DNA of 49,850 nt from Chthoniobacteraceae bacterium (lineage in GTDB: Bacteria > Verrucomicrobiota > Verrucomicrobiia > Chthoniobacterales > Chthoniobacteraceae): assembly GCA_031409655.1 (NCBI GenBank), contig JANNXQ010000208.1:1-49850 (forward strand). The letters run 5' to 3'. The translations under genes were made by a program, and so were the position numbers. Positions within the stretch are counted from its first letter, which is position 1. Every line of letters starts with the position of its first letter. Below the pieces are notes generated by a model that was given only the letters and a program-made list of their open reading frames with translations, did not search any database and had not been told where the DNA came from. Positions 39,105 to 47,414 of this stretch are shown here, in pieces.

Positions 39105-42032
39105 ATGACCACTCGCCTGCTCCTCGCTCTTTGTGCTCTCCCGATTTTCCTGCGCGCCGATGACGCGGTGAACGAGGCGCGCTTCATTAAGAATCCGCGG
39201 CAGCTCATCTATGAAGGCAAGCGCAGCGGCGAAGGTTACTTTCATCCGGACGGGAATCTGCTCGCCTTCCAAAGCGAGCGGGAGGAGGGGAATCCGTTCT
39301 ACCAGATCTACCTGCTCGATCTGCTGAGCGGAGAGACGGCGCGGGTCTCGACGGGAGCGGGGAAGACGACGTGTGCGTTTTTTCAGCCGGGGGCTTCGCG
39401 ACTACTCTTTGCCTCCACGCATCTCGATCCCGAGGCGGCGGCGAAGCAGCAGGCGGAACTGGAATTCCGCGCGAGCGGGAAGCAGCGGCGCTACTCGTGG
39501 GACTACGATGCGGCGATGGAGATCTTCACCGCGAATCAAGACGGGACGCAGCTTCAGCGGCTGACGGATTCGCCGGGCTACGATGCGGAAGCAGCGTTTT
39601 CGCCGGATGGAAAGCAGATCGTCTTTTGCTCGCTGCGCGCCGCGTATGGTCGCGAACTTTCGGCGGAGGAGAAGGCGCGGCTGGAGAAGGACCCGGCGTG
39701 GTTCGGCGACATCTACCTGATGAATGCGGACGGCTCCAATGTGCGCCAACTCACGACGGCGCCGGGCTACGATGGCGGCCCGTTTTTCTCCCCGGATGGG
39801 CAGCGGATCGTGTGGCGGCGCTTCGATGCGAGCGGGATGAATGCGGATGTCTTCACGATGAAGCTGGATGGTTCGGACGTGGAACGGGTAACGGATTTCA
39901 AGGCGATGTCGTGGGCGCCGTATTTTCATCCGAGCAGCGAGTACGTGATCTTCACCTCCAACAAGCTGGGCTTTGAAAACTTCGAGCTCTTCATCGCGGA
40001 TGCAGCGGGCGCGCGCGAGCCAGTGCGGGTGAGCTTCACAGCGGGCTTTGATGGGCTGCCGGTCTTTTCGCTGGACGGGAAACGGCTCAGCTGGACTTCA
40101 GGTCGCACGGGCGATGGGAAGTCGCAGCTTTTCATAGCGGAGTGGGATCATGAAGCAGCGCGGGCTGCACTGACGGCGGCGCCAAAGCGGGCAGTGGCAA
40201 ATGGGTGGACCCGCAGCGGCAGCACGACGGTGACGGCGATCGCGGGTCCGGCGACGGCTCCGGCGACTCGGGCAGAGATCACGGTGGCGGACTTGCGGAA
40301 GCAAGTGGAGTGGCTCGCCGCCGAGGAGCGCGGCGGGCGTGGCACGGGCACGGATGGCGCGCGCGCGAGTGCGGAGTGGGCGGCGCAGTACTTCCAGGCC
40401 GCGGGTCTGAAGCCACTTGGTGCGGATTACTTTCAGCCGTTCCAATTTGAGGCGGGGATCAAGCTCCTGCCGGACGCAAACGGACTCGATTTGTCGCTGC
40501 CGTCCGGTCCCGGAACTGTGCAGCCGCTGACACGCGAGCTTGATTTTCACCCGATCGGCTTCAGCGACAGCGGGGAGGTGGAAGGCGAAGTGGTCTTCGT
40601 CGGCTACGGGCTCACGGTGCCCGAGGATGGGAAGAATCCGAGCTACAACAGCTACGACGGGTTCGACGTGAAGGATAAGGTCGTGCTCGCGCTGCGTTAC
40701 GTGCCGGAAGGTGCGGAGCCGGCGCGGCGCGCGCAGCTCAATCGCTACGCGGGCCTGCGCTACAAGGCGATGATGGCTCGCGAGCGTGGTGCAAAAGCGA
40801 TCCTGTTTGTGACGGGCCCAAACTCGCCCGGCGCAGGAGAGCGGATTGAGCTCAGGGGCGATGGTGCGCTCGCCACATCGGGCGTGATCGCCGGGTCGAT
40901 TAGCGGCACGCTTGCCGAGAAGCTCCTGCGTGCGGCGGGCAAGTCGCTCAAGGAAGTGCAGAGTGGCCTCGATGGGGAGAATCCGCATGTTGAGGGGGTG
41001 TTCGCTCTTCCCGACGTGAAGGTGAAAATTCGCACGGGGCTCGAGCATGTGAAGAAGCCGGATCGCAACGTCCTCGCACTGCTGCCGCCCGTGGGCACTG
41101 ATGAATACGTGGTGGTCGGCGCACACTACGATCACCTCGGACTCGGAGCGACGGGCAGTTCGCTCGCGCGCTCCGGCGAAGAATCGAAGATTCACCCCGG
41201 CGCGGATGACAATGCGAGTGGCACTGCGGCCGTGATGGAGATGGCGGCGAACCTTGCCGCGCAGTCAGCGCCCGCATTCCGGCGCGGCGTGATTTTCGCC
41301 CTCTGGAGTGGTGAAGAGATCGGCATCATCGGCAGCTCGTCGTTCGTCGAGAAGCCGCCGGTGCCGCTGGAGAAGATCGTGGCTTACGTGAACTTCGACA
41401 TGGTGGGCCGGCTGAAGGAGAACAAGCTCTCCGTGCAGGCCGTGGGTAGCAGCAAGGTCTGGCGGCGACTGCTGGAGAAGCGCAACGTCGCCGCGGGCTT
41501 CCAGCTCGTGATGGGCGAGGACCCGTATCTGCCCACGGATGTAACGTCGTTTTATCCGAAGAGGATTCCGGTGCTGAATTTCTTCACCGGCGCGCATGAG
41601 GATTACCACCGCCCGACGGACACCGCGGAGAAGATCGACTACGCGGGCACCGAGCGGATCGCGAAGTTCGCTACGCAGATCGTGACGGACGTGGCGACCG
41701 CGCCGGAGCGGCCGGACTTTTCGCGCGTCGAGCGCAAGACCGAGGCCGGTGGATCACGCGAGACGCTGCGCGCGTATCTCGGCACGATCCCGGATTACAC
41801 CACCGAGGTGAAGGGCGTTAAATTCAGCGGCGTGCGCGCGGGCAGTCCGGCGGAAAAGGCCGGCGCGCAAGGCGGCGACGTGCTCGTGGAATTCGCCGGG
41901 CAGAAGATCACAAACATCTACGACTACACGTATTCGCTCGATGCGGTGAAGATCGGCGTGCCGGTAAAGGCGGTGGTCGAGCGCGACGGGAAACGCGTGG
42001 AGATCACCGTCACGCCCGAAGCGCGGAAGTAG
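39105..42032 (+). CDS. M28 family peptidase with PD40 propeller, PA and PDZ domains
   Basis: Signal peptide; FSPDG repeats; GAHYDH, GADDNASG, SGEE, NFDMVG, YH.PTD; LGTIPD...GSPAEKAG. Confidence 0.93.
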   Translation: MTTRLLLALCALPIFLRADDAVNEARFIKNPRQLIYEGKRSGEGYFHPDGNLLAFQSEREEGNPFYQIYLLDLLSGETARVSTGAGKTTCAFFQPGASRLLFASTHLDPEAAAKQQAELEFRASGKQRRYSWDYDAAMEIFTANQDGTQLQRLTDSPGYDAEAAFSPDGKQIVFCSLRAAYGRELSAEEKARLEKDPAWFGDIYLMNADGSNVRQLTTAPGYDGGPFFSPDGQRIVWRRFDASGMNADVFTMKLDGSDVERVTDFKAMSWAPYFHPSSEYVIFTSNKLGFENFELFIADAAGAREPVRVSFTAGFDGLPVFSLDGKRLSWTSGRTGDGKSQLFIAEWDHEAARAALTAAPKRAVANGWTRSGSTTVTAIAGPATAPATRAEITVADLRKQVEWLAAEERGGRGTGTDGARASAEWAAQYFQAAGLKPLGADYFQPFQFEAGIKLLPDANGLDLSLPSGPGTVQPLTRELDFHPIGFSDSGEVEGEVVFVGYGLTVPEDGKNPSYNSYDGFDVKDKVVLALRYVPEGAEPARRAQLNRYAGLRYKAMMARERGAKAILFVTGPNSPGAGERIELRGDGALATSGVIAGSISGTLAEKLLRAAGKSLKEVQSGLDGENPHVEGVFALPDVKVKIRTGLEHVKKPDRNVLALLPPVGTDEYVVVGAHYDHLGLGATGSSLARSGEESKIHPGADDNASGTAAVMEMAANLAAQSAPAFRRGVIFALWSGEEIGIIGSSSFVEKPPVPLEKIVAYVNFDMVGRLKENKLSVQAVGSSKVWRRLLEKRNVAAGFQLVMGEDPYLPTDVTSFYPKRIPVLNFFTGAHEDYHRPTDTAEKIDYAGTERIAKFATQIVTDVATAPERPDFSRVERKTEAGGSRETLRAYLGTIPDYTTEVKGVKFSGVRAGSPAEKAGAQGGDVLVEFAGQKITNIYDYTYSLDAVKIGVPVKAVVERDGKRVEITVTPEARK

Positions 42033-42034
42033 TA

Positions 42035-42112
42035 GTAGCGCAGGCTTCCAGCCTGCCGTCGGGTCCAGGCCGGATGCCGGTGGCACGCCAACAGGCTGGA
42101 AGCCGGCGCTAC
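42035..42112. repeat. GTAG-type REP doublet
   Basis: GTAGCGCAGGCTTCCAGCCTGC ... ACAGGCTGGAAGCCGGCGCTAC. Confidence 0.8.
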
Positions 42113-42184
42113 TCCTCGGAGACTCCGCGCGAAAACCCACCCTGCGGCTCGCATCGCCTCGCGGAAGCTGTCACGTTCCCGCCA

Positions 42185-42589
42185 ATGTCCGACGCCAGTG
42201 CCATGAACCCTGATTCCCATCCTGCTTCCCCGAAGTCCGCGCGGGGACTTGAACACGCGGGCATGATCGACGCGCTGATGCACGACGCGAAATCCGGCGA
42301 GGTCTGGCTGGTGATGATCGAGCGGCGGCCGTGGACGTTCGGCGAGGAGCAGCTTTTTCAGCTTCAGGAAAAGCTCAATGCCTACGTTTCCTTCGCTCTC
42401 GATGGCGAGATGGCGGAGGCGTATCCCGAGCATGGGGGCAAGCCGCTCCGACTGATCCTCGATACCACGCATCCACCGAGCGAGGAGGCCGTGAAATTTC
42501 TCGCGCTGGTGCGCGAGCAGATCGCCTTTCAGGCCATCGAACTCGAGGTGCGGATCACCGGCCCAGAGCACGCCGCGCCCGCACCCTGA
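42185..42589 (+). CDS. Hypothetical protein (DUF6572-like)
   Basis: ID....LVM....W......LQEKLNAY..F..DG....YP pattern. Confidence 0.7.
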   Translation: MSDASAMNPDSHPASPKSARGLEHAGMIDALMHDAKSGEVWLVMIERRPWTFGEEQLFQLQEKLNAYVSFALDGEMAEAYPEHGGKPLRLILDTTHPPSEEAVKFLALVREQIAFQAIELEVRITGPEHAAPAP

Positions 42590-42595
42590 CAATCG

Positions 42596-43024
42596 TCACC
42601 TCGCCGGGTCGCGGTCTTCGTCGAGGTCGATGTAGTCGAAGAAAGTCTGGATGTCGTCGCGGGCCCCGAAGCCGCCTTCCTGCTTGCGCTGGGCGAGACG
42701 GGGCGAGGCTTCGTCGTTCCAGCCGCGCTTGCGCAGGAATTCATTCCAGACTTCGATCTCCTCCTCCCGAGGACTGCGTCCGCGCTGCTGGCACCACTCG
42801 AGGATTTCCTCGTCGTTGCCACCTTCCTTGACCCGCTCGACGAGCGCCGGGTAGTCGATCCAGAGGAAATTGACGGCGCGTTCATCGAAGCCACCGCCGA
42901 GATTTCCGAGGTAGTCCGCAGGCAGCTTGCCGGCGGCTTGGAGGCGGATCTTGTCGAGCATCCGCCCGATGTAACAGATGCCGCCGAGCTTTTCGTGGGG
43001 ACTGCGCAGGCCGGGAATATTCAT
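42596..43024 (-). CDS. DUF5069 domain protein
   Basis: LRSP.EKLGG..Y.GRM.DKIR, TFFD.ID.DE. Confidence 0.82.
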   Translation of the reverse strand: MNIPGLRSPHEKLGGICYIGRMLDKIRLQAAGKLPADYLGNLGGGFDERAVNFLWIDYPALVERVKEGGNDEEILEWCQQRGRSPREEEIEVWNEFLRKRGWNDEASPRLAQRKQEGGFGARDDIQTFFDYIDLDEDRDPAR

Positions 43025-43845
43025 GGGCCGCAGCGGACGGTGGACATGCCAGGAGTGACCACAAACTGCCGCACGGTGCGGCCATTGGTGTCGGTGACCA
43101 CCCAGTTTTCACCAACGCGACCAGGCGCGGTGTAACTCGAACCGGTGGCTAAACGAGCCACCCATTCCCACGCGCTATAGCGGTCCAGCTTGTACACGTA
43201 GAGTTCGCCGCGGTAGCTATTGTCAAAGGTCAGGCGGATCGGCCCGGAGGACAGCGACGGTGGCGGCGGGCCGACTTCGAACTGGTTGCCGCTGGTCCGC
43301 ACGGTGAAACTTTCGAGCTCTTCATTGTTCCGCGAAGTCACGCGCCAGCGCTGGCCGACCGCGGCAGTGGCGGAGAGCTCACGACCACTCGGCAACTCGC
43401 CTTCCCAACTCCAGCGCCCGTAGCGATCGAGCGAATACACGAGGACGGTGGAACGCGTTTGATTCGAGATGCGCACCGGAGCCGTGCGCGGAGCGGACGG
43501 CGGGATGAAGCCGAGTATCGGCCGCTCCGCCGTGACTCCGCGGATGCCCTGAAAGGTAAAGACTTTGCCCTCCGTGACGGTCTCTTTGTATTCCCGGCCA
43601 TCCACCTGATAGACGATGTAGAGATACTTCGTTTCTCCAGGAGTCGGGTCGGCGCCCATGGATTGATTGGTCACGAGAAAGGAGAGTTTATTGTGCCGGA
43701 TATAGGCGTCGATGCAGCCACGCACGTCGGCGTAGGCGGTGTCGCGACCGTAGCGGGCCTTGATGACTTTGAGTCCGGCCTCGCCCGAGGCGACGGACAC
43801 GGCGAGGAAGAGCAGCGCGAAAAGGAAGGTGCGGAGGTTCATCAA
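43021..43845 (-). CDS. Secreted protein: DUF3395/lectin-like N-domain plus two VHL-beta-like domains
   Basis: Signal peptide; IKARYG...DPTPG..K.L...Y; two 'N......VY.LD.YG.W.W...L..G.......VG..W.VT' repeats. Confidence 0.65.
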   Translation of the reverse strand: MMNLRTFLFALLFLAVSVASGEAGLKVIKARYGRDTAYADVRGCIDAYIRHNKLSFLVTNQSMGADPTPGETKYLYIVYQVDGREYKETVTEGKVFTFQGIRGVTAERPILGFIPPSAPRTAPVRISNQTRSTVLVYSLDRYGRWSWEGELPSGRELSATAAVGQRWRVTSRNNEELESFTVRTSGNQFEVGPPPPSLSSGPIRLTFDNSYRGELYVYKLDRYSAWEWVARLATGSSYTAPGRVGENWVVTDTNGRTVRQFVVTPGMSTVRCGP

Positions 43846-43972
43846 CTTTCATGAAACAGGGAGCGAGGTTGCCTTTCCAAGCTCCAAATTTCCCGCACCC
43901 GTCAAGGCCCCCGGAGCCGTCGGAGTTTTGCATCGGCGACCCGACGGGCCAGCACGTACGCTCTTCACTTTC

Positions 43973-45253
43973 ATGAAGCTCCCCACCTTCCTCCTCCCGA
44001 TCTTCACCGCCATGTCCTCACTCGCCGCCGACTTCCCCAAACCCGCGACTTTGCCCGAAAGCAGCACGCCGCCCGACGCGCTGACGCTGCGCGACGGCAC
44101 GCGCATCACGACGAAGGAAGCATGGAGCACGCAGCGCGTGCCGGAGCTGCGCGCTCTTTTCCAGAACTACATGTACGGCACGCAGCCGGCCGCGATGGCG
44201 GTGCAAGGTGAGGTGCTGCGCGAGGACCGGACGGCGCTCGGCGGCAAGGCGACGCTGCGCGAAGTGCTGGTGCAATGCGGACTCACCGCGCCGGTGCATC
44301 TGCTCGTCTTCATCCCCAACGCGCGGCCCAAACCGGCGCCTTGTTTTCTCGGGATCAACTTCGCCGGCAATCACGCCGTGCTCGACGATCCGAAGATCCA
44401 GCTCGCGCAAAGTTGGATGCCGGCGCGGTATCCGGGGATCGTCGCCAATCGCGCGACGGACGCGGCGCGCGGCGGGCAAAAGGACATCTGGGCGTTCGAG
44501 CAGACCATCGATCGCGGCTACGCCCTCGCCACTTTCTACCACGGCGACATCGTGCCCGATGAACCGGCGCTCGCAGAAGCGATGCTCGCGAAACTGCGGA
44601 AAGGAACGGCCACACGCGGCCCGGCGGACACGGCGACGATCATGGCCTGGGCCTGGGGATTTTCGCGGATGATGGATTGCCTCGTCACGATGCCGGAGAT
44701 CGACGCGCGACGCGTGGCGGTGGTCGGACACTCACGCAATGGCAAGACAGCGCTGGTCGCGGCGGCGTTTGACGAGCGCTTTGCGCTGGTCGTGCCGAGC
44801 CAGGCGGGCTGCGGCGGGACCGCGCCTTCCCGGACCGCACCGGAGCTGGCGAAGCTGAACGAAAAAGGCCGCCCGACTGCCGAGACCGTCGCGGTGATCA
44901 ACAAGTCGTTCCCGCACTGGTTCGCGGATAATTTCAAGGCCTTCGACACGGCGACCGCCAGGCTGCCCTTCGATCAGCACTGCCTCATCGCGCTCTGCGC
45001 GCCGCGGCCGGTGCTGCTCTCCTGCGCCACCGAAGACCAGTGGGCCAATCCCACCGGACAATTCGAGATGCTGCGCGGCGCGGATCCCGTCTATCGGCTC
45101 ATCGCCGGCGACGGCATCGGCGCGCAGACGATGCCAGCGGTCGGGCACTTGCTCGCTTCGCGGCTCGGATATTTCATCCGCCCGGGCACCCATGCGATGA
45201 CGGCAGCGGATTGGAAGGTGTGGCTGGACTATGCAGACCAGTGGCTGCGGTAA
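43973..45253 (+). CDS. CE15 glucuronoyl/acetylxylan esterase-like protein
   Basis: AWAWG.SR..D, nucleophile elbow GHSRNGKTAL, LPFDQH.LIAL.APRP, DQWANP. Confidence 0.88.
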   Translation: MKLPTFLLPIFTAMSSLAADFPKPATLPESSTPPDALTLRDGTRITTKEAWSTQRVPELRALFQNYMYGTQPAAMAVQGEVLREDRTALGGKATLREVLVQCGLTAPVHLLVFIPNARPKPAPCFLGINFAGNHAVLDDPKIQLAQSWMPARYPGIVANRATDAARGGQKDIWAFEQTIDRGYALATFYHGDIVPDEPALAEAMLAKLRKGTATRGPADTATIMAWAWGFSRMMDCLVTMPEIDARRVAVVGHSRNGKTALVAAAFDERFALVVPSQAGCGGTAPSRTAPELAKLNEKGRPTAETVAVINKSFPHWFADNFKAFDTATARLPFDQHCLIALCAPRPVLLSCATEDQWANPTGQFEMLRGADPVYRLIAGDGIGAQTMPAVGHLLASRLGYFIRPGTHAMTAADWKVWLDYADQWLR

Positions 45254-45260
45254 GTGCGCG

Positions 45261-46268
45261 TCACTTCACTTCCGGATTTGGCTCAGCACTGCCGTCGGCG
45301 AGACCCAGCGCCCACTTGATGCCGCCGAGAATGTGCGCCTGAAATTGTTTGCTGATCTCGACGCTGTTCTTGCGGTCCTTCAGTTCGGGGTTGGCGCTCC
45401 AGAGATCTTCGCGATGGCCGAGCGAGGTGTAGAAAACGCGGCCCGTGCCCGCCTTCCGGCACCAAGCGACGGGGAAATGTCCCGCCACCGAAGTTTCATT
45501 CGGATCGTGCCGCATGAACCACAGCTCGCGGACCTTGGCGCGGTCGTGATTTTTGAAGAGATACATCTCCTCCATCGAGATGTCCCATTTTGCGCCGATG
45601 CCTGCATTCGCCGGATGAGCGGTGTCGCCAGCCACGAGCGCGGCGGGCACCTGCGCCTTGTGGCCAATGAATTCGCCTTGGAGCATCTCCACGTAGCCCA
45701 TGAAGGGCGGCTTGCCGCCAGTGTGCAGGGTGTCGCCCGCGGAGTGCATACCCATGAAGGCGTGGCCGGCCTCGATCCAGGCGATGAAGCCGTCCTTGTC
45801 CGGCAGCGGCAGATCGCCAGTGGTATTGGCGAAAATTACGCCGTCGATTTTCTGCGCGGTGAGATTGGCGGGCGAGAGTTTCTCCAGAGCGACGCGCATC
45901 TTCGAGTTCAGTTCGGCCTGCGCAGCCTTCGCGGCGGCATCGACTTCTGGCGTCCACAGCGCGAGCGCTTCCTGGTACTTCTGCACGTCCCGCTCGAAGC
46001 GCGCTTCCGCCTTCTCATCGGCATCGGCCGCGAGTGGCTTCGGACCGTTCGGCTTCTTCGGCACCTGCACTTCCGGCTGGCGGATAAAGTCCACGATGGT
46101 GAAGGCCTTCGTTTCGTCCGCGAGTTTTTGCAGGGTCTTCTCGGCTTCACCGATCGACGAATGGCGGAAGCCCGCGGTTACCGTGCAGACGATCACGCGC
46201 TTGGGCTCGGCGGCCTCCGCAGCGAGAGCGGTGACAAAGAGGAGAGACAGGAAGGGCAGGAGTTTCAT
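45261..46268 (-). CDS. ThuA domain protein
   Basis: GFRHSSI, FANTTG, GMHSA.DT, EEMY, GRVFYTSLGH. Confidence 0.88.
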   Translation of the reverse strand: MKLLPFLSLLFVTALAAEAAEPKRVIVCTVTAGFRHSSIGEAEKTLQKLADETKAFTIVDFIRQPEVQVPKKPNGPKPLAADADEKAEARFERDVQKYQEALALWTPEVDAAAKAAQAELNSKMRVALEKLSPANLTAQKIDGVIFANTTGDLPLPDKDGFIAWIEAGHAFMGMHSAGDTLHTGGKPPFMGYVEMLQGEFIGHKAQVPAALVAGDTAHPANAGIGAKWDISMEEMYLFKNHDRAKVRELWFMRHDPNETSVAGHFPVAWCRKAGTGRVFYTSLGHREDLWSANPELKDRKNSVEISKQFQAHILGGIKWALGLADGSAEPNPEVK

Positions 46269-46302
46269 GGAGTAGGAGATTGGGGAATCCCGCTTGGAGA
46301 AA

Positions 46303-46854
46303 ATGCTTAGCGATTCCGCACTCGGGTCGGTGATTTGCCGGTTGCGCCCGGCCCGCACGACGCCGTTCAATCCGCCCATCGCAGATGCCGCCCATTCCCA
46401 GTCACCACTTTCCACCTGCCGAGACTGCGCGGCGGAAGTGAGCCATGACGCCGTCGTCTGTCCGCACTGCGGCGCGCCACGGCCCGCGCAACGCGACTGG
46501 CAGGGCGAAGGTTACGAGTGGAAAACCGCCGCGACGTGGCTGGGACTGCCGCTCGTCCACGTGGCCTTTGGCAATGACGCCTCCGGTCGCGCGCGGGTGG
46601 CGCGCGGCATCGTAGCCGTCGGCCTGCGCGCAGTCGGGGGCATCGCCTGCGGGATCGTCGCGGGCGGATTCGTCTCGATCGGCGTGGTCAGCGTCGGGAT
46701 ATTTTCCCTTGGCGTGGTGAGCGTGGCGGCGGTGCTCGCCACAGGGGTGAATGCGATCGGCCCGGTGGCTTTCGGCGTGGTCGCCTGCGGCCTTAGCGGC
46801 AGCGGCGTGCACTTCATTGGCTGGAAACTGCTCTTCGCACCGACGCCCCACTAA
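46303..46854 (+). CDS. Zn-ribbon plus Gly-rich membrane domain protein (start uncertain)
   Basis: CRDC...CPHCG; YEWK....LGLPLVHVAFG...ARGIVAVG. Confidence 0.7.
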   Translation: MLSDSALGSVICRLRPARTTPFNPPIADAAHSQSPLSTCRDCAAEVSHDAVVCPHCGAPRPAQRDWQGEGYEWKTAATWLGLPLVHVAFGNDASGRARVARGIVAVGLRAVGGIACGIVAGGFVSIGVVSVGIFSLGVVSVAAVLATGVNAIGPVAFGVVACGLSGSGVHFIGWKLLFAPTPH

Positions 46855-46889
46855 GAGCGCGTGACCGGTGTGATATCGCGCAGGCCAGG

Positions 46890-46989
46890 CACGGTCGCGA
46901 CTGTCGAGGAACATCGCCTCGCGCCAAGCACCCCAGTCGAACAGGTGATACACCGCACCCTCGAATTCAACTCGGGTCTTGCCTGCCAT
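46890..46989 (-). pseudogene. RAYT (Y1 HUH transposase) N-terminal fragment C
   Basis: MAGKTRVEFEGAVYHLFDWGAWREAMFLDSRDR resembles the RAYT start M.R..R....GA.YH...RG..R..IF....DR. Confidence 0.7.
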
Positions 46990-47041
46990 CCCCGTTTTCT
47001 ACTCGGCAAGACCAGCTTCTCGCTAAGAAAAAGACCGCCTT

Positions 47042-47158
47042 TCAAAGACTGATCCCGCCTCCTGACTCGTCATCGACATAGATGTTCTCCCGCTGGTTGC
47101 CCCGCGCCATCACGTGGCAATACGCACCGGGATTTTTAAGGCGGATGCTGCGCGGCAA
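47042..47158 (-). pseudogene. RAYT N-terminal fragment B
   Basis: TTG start, (M)PRSIRLKNPGAYCHVMARGNQRENIYVDDE then stop; not in the ORF track. Confidence 0.8.
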
Positions 47159-47176
47159 GCGCCGTTCCTCATTTCC

Positions 47177-47329
47177 TCACTCTTCGCTGTCAAGAGATGT
47201 CGCCTGACCCTTATCCTCACTTATCCTCACCAGGTTCGCTTCCGGGGTCTCGATCAGCAGGTGGTAGTGATTGCTCATCAGCACCCAGGCATGGACCCGC
47301 CAGCCCGTCATTGCGCAGGCGCGCGGCAA
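47177..47329 (-). pseudogene. RAYT fragment A with HUH motif
   Basis: LPR-ACAMTGWRVHAWVLMSNHYHLLIETPEANLV. Confidence 0.82.
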
Positions 47330-47372
47330 GCGCCGCGTGGCAGGATGGGGCCTTGCCGCGTTGCATTTTCGC

Positions 47373-47401
47373 CATGGCGCGGCGGAGCGCGCCATCCACC
47401 G
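47373..47401. repeat. Single REP arm, same family as 9-121
   Basis: Reverse complement differs from 9-37 by 1 nt. Confidence 0.85.
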
Positions 47402-47414
47402 GGAGCCCGGGTTC

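Noticed and set aside
42030..42038. TAGTAGTAG as a recoding signal
   Set aside because: Explained by the stop codon abutting the GTAG end of a REP; the PDZ domain is complete
46402..46989. 195-aa ORF as an intact transposase
   Set aside because: RAYT similarity stops after about 33 aa; the rest is antisense to the Zn-ribbon gene
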